A DNA stretch of 64,000 nucleotides from the human T2T-CHM13v2.0 reference genome, Homo sapiens: NCBI RefSeq assembly GCF_009914755.1, contig NC_060933.1; one strand, given 5' to 3'. Made by a program: the position numbers and the translations under genes. Positions 14,951-29,959 of this stretch are shown here, in pieces. The notes under the pieces are model-generated. The model did no database searches. It was not told the DNA's origin and worked only from the letters and a program-made list of their open reading frames with translations. Within the stretch, counting starts at the first letter, position 1. The number at the start of each line of letters is the position of its first letter.

Positions 14951-16409
14951 AACTTCATCTAATTTTTGAGCTACCCAATCCTTATTGTGAAAGACAAGCG
15001 ATTTAGTGTTTGCTATATGCAGCAACTATAATTGGTTTAGTTTTCAGTAGTTCATCTCTAAGGCAGCCTTGCTTTGAGGAACTGGAAACTTCAACTGACT
15101 ATTTACAGGGAATAGAAACAATCACTACATAGGAATGAAAATGCTAAGCTTAGTTTGCCTGTGGTAAAACATTCGTAATCATTTGATATCATTGGCTTAA
15201 TTTTATAAGCCTGTTCTACCACTGAGTGATTCTGTTTTCTTACTGGATTTTGGCTATCATAAATGTATTGCTAGATATTGAAAGGATAAAGGTTTATATG
15301 GTGAACATGGGATAATTCAAAATGGTTTCTTATACAGAATTCACTTTGAGATTTACATGAATCAAATGCAATAGAAAAATAATAATATTACTGAGTAATT
15401 TGGATTTTACTTACTAATCCATTCTTATCAACTCATCTAGTAAGAGGAGCACTTTTTTGGTTTATTTGTTTTTGGTAACAAGTAAGAAATAAAGTATTTG
15501 GATAGATGTTACAGACATTACCACTTTCTGATGGCGTGTGTTCCTTCTAATATTAGAGAATAGAAATGGTAGTTTTTTTTACCGCATCATAATGTATTGA
15601 CTACCTGAGAAAAATGTTGATTAGCTATATTGTGTTGAGTAACGTTTTCTTAAAAAGTCTCCAAACAATTTGAGACAGTCACGGTGACATTACTATTATC
15701 ACCTGATGAGCATCACAGGAGGCATGAAAATATAGATAAGACAGTCAGGAATCAAAGAACGTGCATGGGATTTACAGTTAGTCACATACAGAGAAATGTT
15801 TAATTTCACATCAGTTCACATCAGATTCCCTTTCTTATAAAGCCACATTTTCAGAATCACAGTTGAGTATGGTGAAAATAAGCAGAGATTAGGGTTTCAA
15901 ATTACCTATAATCTGCATTCATAAGTGCTCTAGTTCACCCAGAAAGAAAACACTTGGATGACTGTTATAAATCAGTTCCAATGTTGTTCATCATGCCTCT
16001 CCATTCTCTCCTCTGTGCACCCCGCAGTCTAGCATTTTAGCAATCTTAGTCCCTCAGAGAGGCCCTATTCCTTTTCACCTCTACAGCTTTGCATTGCAGC
16101 TTGGAATGTTTTTCTCTAACCTTGACTTTTTCACCCTTGCTCATCATTCAAGATTCAAAGTGCAATATACAAATGCTTGAACTTTGGAGCCTTCCTCCTC
16201 CTTCTTACAAAAGCTTACAATTAAACAACTGTGTGCTTTTCTTTAATCTTTGGCATTTTATTCTATCCATTATTATTTTAGAACACTCAGAGAGGAGAAT
16301 TAAAGGGTCAAGAATCTTGTGGCTACATTTTGTTAACTGATTCCCTGATTCAAAGTATAAACTGAAATATGTATTTTCACTGAAAATTAGGTCAATATGC
16401 AATCTGCTT

Positions 16410-16880
16410 TTATTCATTTATTCCTGAGTTCCCACTATGTGTCAATTTCTGTGATGGCACTAGAAAATAAATACAAGTTAGTCTTACTAAATAGACCTAG
16501 TTTTATATGGTTCTCAACAAGTTTACAGTTTAGAAAAGGGAGGCAGACAAATGAACAATTTTAATAACATGAAGTATTGCAAAAGGAACTACTGTAGGCA
16601 AGGAGGTTTTGTAATAATTTACAAAAGTACAGGGTAACCAATTTGTTGATGGCAAGATGCTGTGAAGTATGTGGATGGTAGAGCTATTAAAAGTGCATTA
16701 TCTATAGGAGTTGGCAATTGATTGGATTTTAGGGGAGAGAAACAGAGAGGGGAGAAGAGGAGAAGAGAGGAGATGAGAAGAGAGGAGGGAGAAGAGAGAA
16801 GAGGAGAGAACACAAGATGACAGAAATGAATTCAAAACACAGCTACGGTTTCTGAGCTGAGTGAAAATGCCATTTAATGT
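16410..16880 (-). mobile_element. L2 3' fragments with GA-rich low-complexity insert (~16730-16810)
   Basis: ttcatttattcctgagttcccactatgtgtca; ttggcaattgattggat. Confidence 0.6.
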
Positions 16881-18746
16881 AAGAGATGTGACATATAATC
16901 ACATAATAAATATAGCAATCATACGGCCAAAATATACCCCATTAATCCGCCTTGCTGGCTCCTGAGCATCTTTGAGCTTGTCAGGGTGTGTGCCTTGATT
17001 TCTGGTTTGGGAATACATTTACCATAATATTTAGTATAGCACATAGAGTATTTAGGTTCACACCTCGTCATAATTGCAGGTCGGTAAAATGCCACTGTTC
17101 AATCTGATAGCATTTAATAGAAGGACACAAATGAAGGCTCCTGGTGACCTTTCTTAGGGGACAAATTCTTTTAGTACAAAGGGTCCACTAAGAGGCCAAG
17201 AAAAAAAAAAAGTCAGTACCATTACTCTGAAGATTCTAACCTTTCCCCAAGACACTGTCTTTGTGGACACATTTTCTACAAAGCAAATTTGAGCTAAGCT
17301 TCCCTAAGCTTTCAGTAAAGACATTAGCTTAGTTAGCATATTAATTAAGACAAGTTCAAATGCCCTCTTCCCTTCATTGCCATGTAATAATTATATGCTC
17401 AGCATTTGTCCAGCTCAGTTCCATTACGTAAAAGCTGTCTGTCTGTCTGAGCTTGCTGGCACTCATAGTCCTGCCCTAAAATTACTGAAGTATGTTAATG
17501 TTAAGGATTCCTGGACATTGGATGTTTTATTTATTTTTTATACTATGTAATTGAATTTTGAATGTACATTATCTGATTAAGGATTTAGAATACCACAAGG
17601 TCTTTCAGAATCTCTTAATGAGAATGATAATGTCATATTATTCATGCTGATAATTTAAGTCTATTGTTTATTGCCACTGAAACTCTTTCTCACCCCCTTA
17701 GAATGGAGATACTTTCCATTACTACCACTGATGTTTATTTGAACAGCTCATTTAAATTCTATGTTCTGAATTGCTTGCAAGGAAGAAAATACCTAGAACA
17801 TTTTTAAAGACTCTGGAATCACTCTAAAGTCTTTTTGGATTGAGATGGGGAATAAGTACATAAAACATACAGACAGACAGATGCATACTCTTAACTCTTA
17901 ACTTCATTTTGAAAGATACAAAGTTCTGTAACATTTACTGTGACTCTATAATTTATTAGAATAAAGTATTATTTTTTCTCCACCAAAGAACTATGTAAAT
18001 AAAATGTATAGCATTGCTGCAGACAATATTTATTTTAGCTTTTCATCTATGTGTATGTTGATATATACATAACACACACACACACACATCAGCTTATTTC
18101 CAAATGTGCTCTGCACTGCAAATCTTTCCAAATCTAACTAAAAAGGCAATCTGAAAAAGAATATCTTTAACTATTTCTTTCCTTTTATAAAGGGTTTTGG
18201 GAGACAGCTAAGGATATTTTTATCTTTCCTTCTAAAGTGTTAAACTATTTGAACAGGTTAAATAGAAACTAAAGCAAATCAATGTAATAAATACTGATGA
18301 TAATACAGACATGGATGTTCACTTAGTGTTGTACTTGGTGATAGTTTTCTTAAACTCTTTATTTATTCTTTATTTTTTATTTATTTATTTTTCAAAACTA
18401 AAGTTTTCTTTAGAAAAACATAAATTAACATGTATAGTTTTGGTCTCTTTAAACTCAGTTAATCTTTTTTTAACCAGAGTAGCAAGGAATAAAATTAGAA
18501 TAGGTTCAAATATTATCATTTTAATTGTAGATTATTTCTGTATTTAACTACAAATAAGTTTGGAAAAAAAAAAAAAGAAGACTTACATGCTTGTGAAGGC
18601 AAAGGTTTTCAGACTGTAGAATGTCCTATATTTCAGTCTGTCAAGACCTGAGAGGCTCTGAACTCAGTCTTCAGGCTACATGGTTCAATCCCTGATACCG
18701 TGTTTGCACCTGCTAAATTCTTTCCCCAGAAGACTAAATTGACTAA

Positions 18747-19259
<513 letters not shown>

Positions 19260-19337
19260 TGACTTCACTACCCCTTTCAGTACTGTTCCTTGGGTAGATC
19301 CTATTCTCTTCTCAAAACTACCATTGCAAAACATTAG

Positions 19338-19369
<32 letters not shown>
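19338..19369. repeat. (TGA)~10 microsatellite
   Basis: Directly visible. Confidence 0.95.
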
Positions 19370-19974
19370 TTCACAAGGCCAACCATACCTTTCAGACTCA
19401 TTTTATGCCTAGATTTTTCATGCCTTGAGCCCAAGTTGCACCACTTAAAAGACTTAGTTCAAAGCAAGAAATTGAAATGAATGCTTATAGACTAAAGGCA
19501 TGGCTTCCATCTTGAAGATTTAGACATTATCATGGCACAGCAGTAATAACCCATCAGGAACTCCTGATAAACCCATCTCAAGAAATCATTTGTGATATTT
19601 TTCCTGACCCTCCCACCAAGTCAGGTAAATGAACTTTATGCTCTCTTTGCTCATAAACACATCTGTTATTCTAAAATCAAGTTTAAAAAGTAAAATAAAA
19701 TTTAAAAATGGGTAAATGTATCTCCTCAACCTTGTGAAATCAATAAGGAAGCATTTACTAAAATGCTTACTAAAACACTAAAGTAAAAGCTTTACTAAAC
19801 AAGAGGAGTGTATTTGCAACTAGTTTCAGGCAGTTTATCAACAAAATTACACACGTATGTGAAATACACATATACACTATATATAATTTTGAATTGTATG
19901 TATATAATTTTATAACATATGTGTGTGTGTATATATATAGTGATTTTAAAAATATTTCTCAGAAAAAGAGCAGT

Positions 19975-20110
19975 ATATGGGTCCTGGCTCCACTAATCCT
20001 AGCTGTGAGACCTTGGGTAAGTAACTTAACCTCACTTAATAGCCTACTTTCCTTTTTTATAAGACAAGGAAATAGTTCCTTGGAGTATTGTTGGGTGGAG
20101 TTTAAATATG
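19975..20110 (+). mobile_element. MIR
   Basis: ctggctccact...agctgtgagaccttgggtaagtaacttaacctc. Confidence 0.8.
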
Positions 20111-20296
20111 CACATGTAAATTTAAAGTACTACATCCATGAAAAATAAAAATATTATATTTCACAAAGTTAAAACAACTTTGAGAGAAAGCTGTCAGTGA
20201 GTTAAAGTGGCTGAAACAGATCTCACAAAAATCCAGCAAAAATACGACTTTCATCAAGGGCTTTTAAGTAGTTGGTTAACGTAAAACAGATAATAA

Positions 20297-20615
<319 letters not shown>

Positions 20616-21335
20616 TATAATAAAGGTCTTAATGCAACCTGCTAGCATGATTTTGATCATTTGCTGAAATTAGAGTCTGGTCGATACTTTACCCATTGCC
20701 AGCAACTATTTTTTTCTTTTTTTTGCCCCCCTGTCTATCATCTTGTAACTAGCAAGCACTTTAACAATATACTTTTTTCTGGTGCAATTGTTAGGTTTAA
20801 ATTCTTTTATTAAGCTGTTCTAAAATAAAAAACATGCAAGTTATCACTTTTGGCCAGTTCCACTGCTTCCCGTTTTACGTGATGAGGTGTACTGTTTCAC
20901 CTCGTAGTTGACATGGCCATTACAATTAGATCTGGTGCACAGGAGAGAGGAAAACAAAATGAACTTCATCAGCAACTGGACTTGCAGTTAGTGATGAGAT
21001 CAAACACTTCACTGAGTGTGGCCAGGGAAAAAATCCTACTCAAAGAGAAATTAAAATAACAGCAGTTAAGGGTTAACGCTGGAGGAAGGCAAGGTAAGAA
21101 ATTCCATTGCAGTTATTAAAAGACTTCCAATTTGATTAAACATGACAACAACATACAGGGGTCAAAGCTAATTTTTTTTTTGAAAGGGAAGAAAAAAACA
21201 TCAGAATGCAATGGGCTTGGATGACTCTGATTTCCTTTCTATGCTTGTTCTTGATCAGCTTGTTTATTTGAATTCTGGGCTTCAGCTTTATTATAAATAA
21301 TTCCTCAGTCACAATTTTTTAAAAAAAATTTCTTT

Positions 21336-23600
21336 GCAGAAGAAGCCAAATTATCCTTGTTTGCAGATGGTATTATCTTACACTTGGAGAAACCTAAAGA
21401 CTCCACCAAAAAATTATTAAATAAGTTTAGATTGATAAACAAATTCAGTAAAGTTGCAGGATAGAAAATCAACATGCAAAAATTAGTAGCACTTCTATAT
21501 GCCAATAGCAAATAATCTGAAAAAGAAATCAAGAAAGTAACCTTATTTACAACAGTTACAAATAAAATATGTAGGAATTAACGAAAGAAATGAAAAATCT
21601 CTACAATGAAAACTATAAAATGCTGATGCAAGAAACTGAAGAGGACACAAAAAATGGAAAGATATTCTATGTTCATGGATTGAAAGTATCAATGTTGTTA
21701 AAATGTCCATACTACCCAAAACAATCTAAAGATTCAATCTCTACCAAAATACCAATTATATTCTTCATAGAAATAGAAAAATAATCCTAAAATTTTTATG
21801 GAACACAAAAGACTCAGAGTAGCCAAACCTACCCTGAGCAAAAAGAAGAAAATTAGAAGAATCAAATAACCTGACTTCAAATTATACTACAGAGCTATAC
21901 TAGCCAAAACAGCATGGTTCTGAGATAAAAAGAGACAAATAGGTCAATGGAACAGAACAGAGAACCCAGAAATAAATCCATACATCTACAGTGAACTTAT
22001 TTTTGACAACGGTGCCAAGAACATACACTGTGGAAAGGACAGTTTCTTCAATAAATAATAAATTATTTTTAATAATTTTATTTATTTTATTTATTGATTT
22101 TTTAACCAATTATATTTAATAATTTATTTTTAACCATTTATTCTGGGAAATAATAAATTATTTTCCAGATTATTTCCCAGAATAAATGGTTCTGGGAAAA
22201 CTAGATATCCACATGCAGAAGAATGAAACTAGAACCCTATCTCTTGCCATTAAAAAAATCAAATCTAAATTGGTTAAAAACTTAAAACTAAGACTTCAAA
22301 CTATGAAACCACTAAAAAAAATGGAAGAAACTCAAAGACATTGGACTGAGTAAAGATTTCTTGATTAATACTCCAAAAGCACAAGCAACCAAAACAAAAA
22401 AGGGCAACTAGGATCACATCACATTAAAAAGCTTCTGCACAGCAAAGGGAACAATCAACAAAATGAAGAGACAACACATGGAATGGGAGAAAACATTTGC
22501 AAACTATTCATCTGAAAAGGATTAATAACCAGAATATGTAAGGAGCTCAAACAACTAAGTAGGAAAAAAAAATCTAGTAATCTGATTCAAAAATGGGCAA
22601 AAGATCTGAATAGGTGGTTCTCAAAAAAAGACACAAATGGCAAAAAGGAATATGGAAAGATGCTCAACATCACTGATCATCAGAGAAATGTAAATCAACA
22701 CTACAATGAGATATCATCTCACTCCAGTTAAAATGGCTTTTATCCAAAATACAGGCAATAGTGAATGCTGGCGAGGATGTGGAGAAAGGGGAATGCTCAT
22801 ACACTGCTGGTATGATTGTAAATTAGTATACTCACTAGGGACAACAGTATGGAGATTCCTGAAAAAATTAAACATAGAACTATCATATGATCCAGCAATT
22901 CCAGTGCTAAGTATATACTCCAAAGAAAGGAAATCAGTATATCAAAGAAATATCTGCACTCCCATGTTTACTGCAGCACTACACAAAATATCCAAGATTT
23001 GGAAGCAACCTACGTGTCCATCGACAGATGAATGGATAAAGAAAATGTCGTACATATACGCCATGAAGTACTATTCAGCCATAAATGAGAATGAGATCCT
23101 GTCATTTGCAACAAGGATGGAACTAAACAACATTATATTATGTGAAATAAGCCTGCCACAGAAAGATACATTTTGCATGTTCACACTCATTTGTGAGAGG
23201 TAAAAGTTAAAACAATTAAATTCATGGAGATAGGATGACGGTTAGCAGAGGCTGGGAAGAATAGTGGGGTTGGGGTGAAATAAGGATGATTAATGGGTAC
23301 AAAAATATACTTAGATAGAATTAATAAGATCTAGTATTTGATAGCACACCAGAATGACTACAGTCAGCGATAATTTGTTGTACATTTTCAAATAATTGAG
23401 GGAGTATAATACAACTGGAATGTTTGTAACACAAGGAAATGATAAATGCTTCAGGTGGTAGATACCCCCTTTACCCTGATGTGATTATGACACATTGTAT
23501 GCCTCTCAAAATATCTTATGTCCCCCATAAACATATGTACTTACTATGTACTCATGAAAATTTAAAAATTTTTTAAAAAGAAAATTACAAAAAGGGAAAG
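21336..23600 (+). mobile_element. L1MA2-4-like 5'-truncated LINE-1
   Basis: Starts near the LFAD motif; ORF 22706-23203 is the ORF2p C-terminus (HCWYDC); L1MA 3'UTR and A-rich tail. Confidence 0.93.
22132..22191. repeat. Perfect 23-bp inverted repeat with 14-nt spacer
   Basis: aaccatttattctgggaaataat (22132-22154) / attatttcccagaataaatggtt (22169-22191). Confidence 0.95.
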
Positions 23601-23829
23601 AAAACCATAGCAATCTAAAATCAGGGAAACAATTTACTTTGCTAAATCAAATTTTAAGGTTGAACTCTGGATCGGTTTGTGTTACTGTAATCTCTCTTGA
23701 ATTTTTCAAACAGAAAATCATTCATGGTAACTTAATTATGATGGAACTGGAAGGCATAGATACTTGTGAATCTCCCACTTAAGGCCTGAATTATTAATAG
23801 GTTTCTTTATTTAGAATAAAATATATATT

Positions 23830-24395
23830 TGGAAAAAAATCTCTTTCCTTCATTGACTCTCACCTCCCGCCTGTAACAGAGCAGTCACCAAGACTTGTTC
23901 ATCTTTTCACTTTTCCGTTTTTACTCTATTTCAAATTCTTTTCTTCCTCTTCATTTCTACTGCTGTCGTCACTTTATTACTTTGCACCTGGCTATCTACT
24001 GCTATTCATCTTGCTCGCTAGAATCCTCCTAAAGCATTCCATAAAGATACTCCTACAGAGTATCTTTATGATACTCTCTTGAAAAAAGACACAATAAACC
24101 CTTCACTGGCAATTGATTCAGATTCATGCTCTACACCCTGGTATTCAAGGCCTCTCTCAGTTTACCTCACTGTCTTTTTCCTGTTTTATCATTGATTATT
24201 TGGTAATGGATTCCACAATTCCATCTACACTAGCATCTATACATACCACACTCATCTTTGCCTGTGTACCTTTGGATATACCGTCCCATCTAGCTAAGAT
24301 GCATCCTCCTTTCCATCAGCTAAACCAAATTCTATACTTCCTTCAAGTCTCAGTTTAAAACCCAATTCCTTCAGGAAACCTTCCTTAAATAAGCC
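23830..24395 (+). mobile_element. L2 fragment
   Basis: cagtcaccaagacttgt; tattcaaggcctct; ttcctt...ggaaaccttcct. Confidence 0.6.
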
Positions 24396-24849
24396 AGTCA
24401 ACAATTACAGGTTTACATTAAAGTCATATTCAAGTTCTTAATTCCTGTAATATATTCTCCTCACCTAGAAACACTTCAGGGTTTCTCAAACTTGTTCCCC
24501 TAGGAAAGTCCTCCTAAGCCATGTTACTCTTGTAGAAAGAGCATGAGATATTGATTTAATTCACTCATACAAAACTAGGAACATCCTTGCTAGCAAAATG
24601 TAAATACATACCTGTCTATTACACAATATAAAATGGTAACCAAGAGCATTTGTGTTCAAGAAAAAGATAACCAGTTATTAACATCACTTGATAGCCATTC
24701 CTAAATTTTTACATTGACAATTACTTGTTTTTTTGTTCCTTCATTTTAGTGTCAGTTTGTATTCTATGAGAAAACTGATAGTAGTCATCATGGCTTGAGA
24801 TAAAATTAATCAAAAGTCTTAAAACGGAGACCACCCCCCCACCACCCCA

Positions 24850-25030
24850 AGGAGGCAGCAGTATATAGGTTTCGAGGGTTTTGTTGGAGTACTGGCTCTT
24901 CTTTGTGTGCTTGGAAAGTTACTTTACCTCTACCAGCCTCATTTTATTTATGGGAGTAATACGAGGTTAATAATACTGGACCTGGGAAAGGATTAAGTGA
25001 TATATGAAAATCCCTTATTAGTTAGCATAC
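24850..25030 (+). mobile_element. MIR (diverged)
   Basis: cttggaaagttactttacctctaccagcctcattt...ggattaagtgat. Confidence 0.6.
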
Positions 25031-25319
25031 TCTTGGTAGCTGTAGCTGATGGGCTTTAGCAGAAGCGCACAGGTCTCTGTTCAACACTCTTGCATTCTTC
25101 TATCCCCAAGGAAGTGGAGTACTGCTAATGGGGGATTCTTCTTTGTCTGATGTAAGGGCCAAGGACCAGGGAGTGCAGTCTCTTTGTTTTCTTTTATCTT
25201 CCTTTAGAGTCAAATGTTAACAGATCCCCAGGTTGCTCTCTTTCAGGAGCCTGGAGAAGGAAAGTATCATGCAGGGTCTTCTCATCCCTGTCTCTTGCTC
25301 AATTACTGTGACCCTTTGT

Positions 25320-25660
25320 CCCTTTTTTTCCCCCCATAATTTCTATTTTCATAATTTTCTCTTTGTCTCTATCCTATTTCTTAAGTCTCTCTCTTTTTCT
25401 ATTGGTCTCTTTCTTTCTGTCTCTAACTGTGTCTCTTTATTGTCTGTCTGCCTCTGCATCTCTCTTCCTATTTCTGCCTATCTTTTTTTTTCTTTCTCAA
25501 GCTTTCTATCTCTGTCTCTCTGTATTTTTTTTTCTTTTCTTTTTTTTTTTTGTGTGTGTGTCTCGATCTTCCTCCGGTTTTATTTATCTCTTACTCCTTT
25601 AAATGTTCTTTATTATATTATTTGTTATTCTCTTCTACTCTTTCCTAATTTCAATGCAGC
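25320..25660. repeat. CT-rich low-complexity tract
   Basis: Strong pyrimidine bias on the + strand. Confidence 0.8.
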
Positions 25661-25690
25661 TTTATTTTATTTTTAAAAATTACTATGGTA

Positions 25691-26028
<338 letters not shown>

Positions 26029-26329
26029 TTAGGTTTAGCCTTAGAAAAAGTAACCAGTAGTAGTGATGTTCATCCTCCTATGTTTCAAGGACATTCACTC
26101 TGCCCTTGGATAGGAAATAAATTCTTCTTAGGGTCCAGATGAACTCCTAGAGTTCTGTGCTTTTGTTTTGTTTTGTTTTGTTTCTGTTGATGGGTAGGTG
26201 GTACAATATCTCAGCAAATAATTCATTTTTGGTTTGCTTTATGTACATGTTCTGTATTCCTTCCATGGATCTCAAGAAAAGATTACTACTGTGACAGGAT
26301 ACAACAGACGTATTTTTGGCAAAATAATG

Positions 26330-26850
<521 letters not shown>

Positions 26851-26911
26851 ATGCATCTTCAATAGTATTTATTGGTTGTTAGGTTGTTATTGGTATGTCC
26901 ATTGGGTTTAA

Positions 26912-27187
26912 AATATATATATATATATATTTATATATATATTTATATATATATATTTATATATATATTTATATATATATTTATATATATATTTATATAT
27001 ATATATTTATATATATATTTATATATATATATTTATATATATATTTATATATATATATTTATATATATATTTATATATATATATTTATATATATATTTAT
27101 ATATATATATTTATATATATATTTATACATATATATTTATATATATATTTATATATATTTATATATATATATACACACACACACACA
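26912..27187. repeat. ~260-bp interrupted (TA)n array followed by (CA)n
   Basis: Directly visible; 8-12 bp units such as tatatatatt. Confidence 0.97.
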
Positions 27188-27547
27188 ATGAAACGACATA
27201 GCTGTTATTTAATTTTAAGAGTGGGACATTTTCAGATTTACTTTATAGAATACCTCCGTAGTGATACAAATTAAGTTATAAAATATGATATCTTTTAATA
27301 ATAGGACACGTAATTTTTTTATCCGTCACAATTCCTGCTAGATTAGATGCTTCCTACTTATGGAGTGAGTGACTCAAGAAACACAAAAGGATGGATGAAG
27401 CCATAATTCTGGAATATTTGGAAGGTAACAGATGATGTGATAGAAGTAATTTAGGCCACAGAAGATTGACTAGACAAGTGTTCCCAGTTATTTTTTTCTC
27501 AGTCTGAACACGGTTGTAAGAATAGTATAGTAAGATTTGTTTCTATT

Positions 27548-27867
<320 letters not shown>

Positions 27868-28589
27868 CTAATTGGTAGATAAAACATGTGAAGATTGGTA
27901 GAAATAATTTATGATATGAAATATTGTCTTATTATTTTTAAAGACAACATTTTACCTAAAAATAACTTCCTTTCACTTACATGAACACAGTGTCATCTTT
28001 ACTGCTTGGTTCATAGCTTAATCTGCATGAAAACCCTTAGTAGGAAAAACAGTAAAAATGCAGCTGGATTAGTCATAAATAATAATCACTTCCATTTACA
28101 TAACGCCTTTGAAAAGGTCCCTAGAAACTCGCTAACTTTTGAAGTCATGCATCAGATTACAAAAGCAAAACGTTTTGCTAATGTGATGTTGAGGTTACAA
28201 ATTTAAATACATTGAGGTCACCAAATGCAAGAGGTTTGGTTCTCATTATGACATCTCGTCCACATAAACATGCTATTGTTCTTAATATTCTTTATTTAAT
28301 AATTCAACTGCTACTGAAAATATTTTGTCTATCTAAGTATTTAGCACAACAAAATTGAAACATTGTGGGATTGTTGTCTTCTACGTGTTGCTTTTTAAAA
28401 TTATAGCATAAACTCGGTCCAATTTGAATTTTGATTGTTGCCTACAGTTATGAATGAAATGAAAATGCTGATCCAGAAGACAAATAGAAATTTTATCTGC
28501 TCACTTCAGTTACTTTTATTTGCCTATTCCCTGCATTCAAGAATGAAGAAGGCACAGAAGGGAGAGTAGTACAGGGAGATTGTCTATCA

Positions 28590-28720
28590 TGTTTGAAATA
28601 TTGTGTTAGGTGCTTTGCCCATGTTAATTCATCAATCGTGTTGCAATTCTACAAAATAGGTATTGGAATGTCTATTTTACAAGTGAGAAAATGTCTATTT
28701 ACAAGTGACTTGGCCAACAT
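28590..28720 (-). mobile_element. MIR fragment
   Basis: tgtgttaggtgcttt...ggtatt...tattttacaagtgagaaaa. Confidence 0.6.
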
Positions 28721-29339
28721 GAAAATACTAAGGGAATGCAAATCTAAATTTGTTAGTTTCTAATGTTGTCTGCCACTCCTCTCACTAGATGGGGTAGGGG
28801 GAACAACCTACTAAGTATCTCTACCTACTGCCTGCCAATTTCTGGAATCAGGGTTGTAATTTAGAAATTATGCATGGTTGTGAGATAGGTCATAGAGAAA
28901 ATGCAAGGGCAAAATTTTAAGTGCAAAGTTAAAATTTTCCAACATATTCCTCACAATTGACATCCAACATTTTAATTTAGGAACATATGGAGAAGGGTAT
29001 GTGAGTCCAGTTGAGAAGAAAGCTGTGGGGCAAAACCATCTGCTTATATGCACCAATTCAGTCACCTTCTGAAAAAAAAAAAAAAGCATGATGCAGTTTA
29101 TCCAACAAGTTCACATAGCACTGGGTTAAGAAGGTTTCTCAAATAACAGAGCTCTCTGTAATGAAAACATATTTTCAGATGTCATAACATTGTATACAAT
29201 AATATATAGGACTCTGTATATAATGGAGCAAGTATCCATTTTTTCCAATAGATAGAACTTCCCAGAATCCTATACACTATTAACACTTAGAATTATGTTT
29301 TTCTTTTTTTTTTTTTTAAATAGAGCTTGAAAGAATCTA

Positions 29340-29465
29340 AGAGCGATTCCTGACCCACTCTGAACCTTCCAGAAATGTGAACACTAAGGCCAGAGAGGTT
29401 AGTTGAATGGTTAAGCTACTACATGTCAGAGCCAAGACTAGAACCTGGGTCTACCTACTCTACTT
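29340..29465 (-). mobile_element. MIR fragment
   Basis: actaaggccagagaggttagttga...cagagccaagactagaacctgggtct. Confidence 0.65.
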
Positions 29466-29728
29466 GTTCAGATTTTATTGCCAGTTTCTGACCACGGCAA
29501 ATATACTGTGCAAGGCTATTTCAGAGTTCCAGCATGCTTTACAATAGAAAAATATTTCAGAAACGTTTTGATAGTTGAATCCTATTTGGGATAAGCTGGA
29601 AGAGTTCATTATTTAAAGATATGTTTTTGGAATCCTTTTAGTAAGTAAAGAGTTTTACATAATGTGAATATTATCTTTCTTATTTTAAGGCTAAAAGTTT
29701 ATGTGGTTGTGTTAAGGCATTTGTTTAG

Positions 29729-29736
<8 letters not shown>

Positions 29737-29779
<43 letters not shown>

Positions 29780-29782
29780 AGG
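29737..29782. repeat. (GT)n(GA)n microsatellite
   Basis: Directly visible. Confidence 0.93.
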
Positions 29783-29959
29783 AAGAGGAGAAACAGAAAG
29801 CAATTAATGGTAGACATCAACTACTTGAAGCAGTTTTCCACTGTCTTTCTGGTATACTACACTTCTCTATTTTTTTTCTTACCACATGGACCACTCCTTC
29901 TTAATTATTTCTCTGCTGGATCCTCCTTTTTTTTTTTTTTTTTTCAGTCCCGTAAACAT

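Noticed and set aside
20943-21099. Strong + strand donor AAG/GTAAGA near 21093
   Set aside because: No convincing upstream acceptor, and the longest frame stops before the donor.
25233-25676. 147-aa hydrophobic, membrane-protein-like ORF
   Set aside because: Artefact of a CT-rich low-complexity tract with a non-ATG start.
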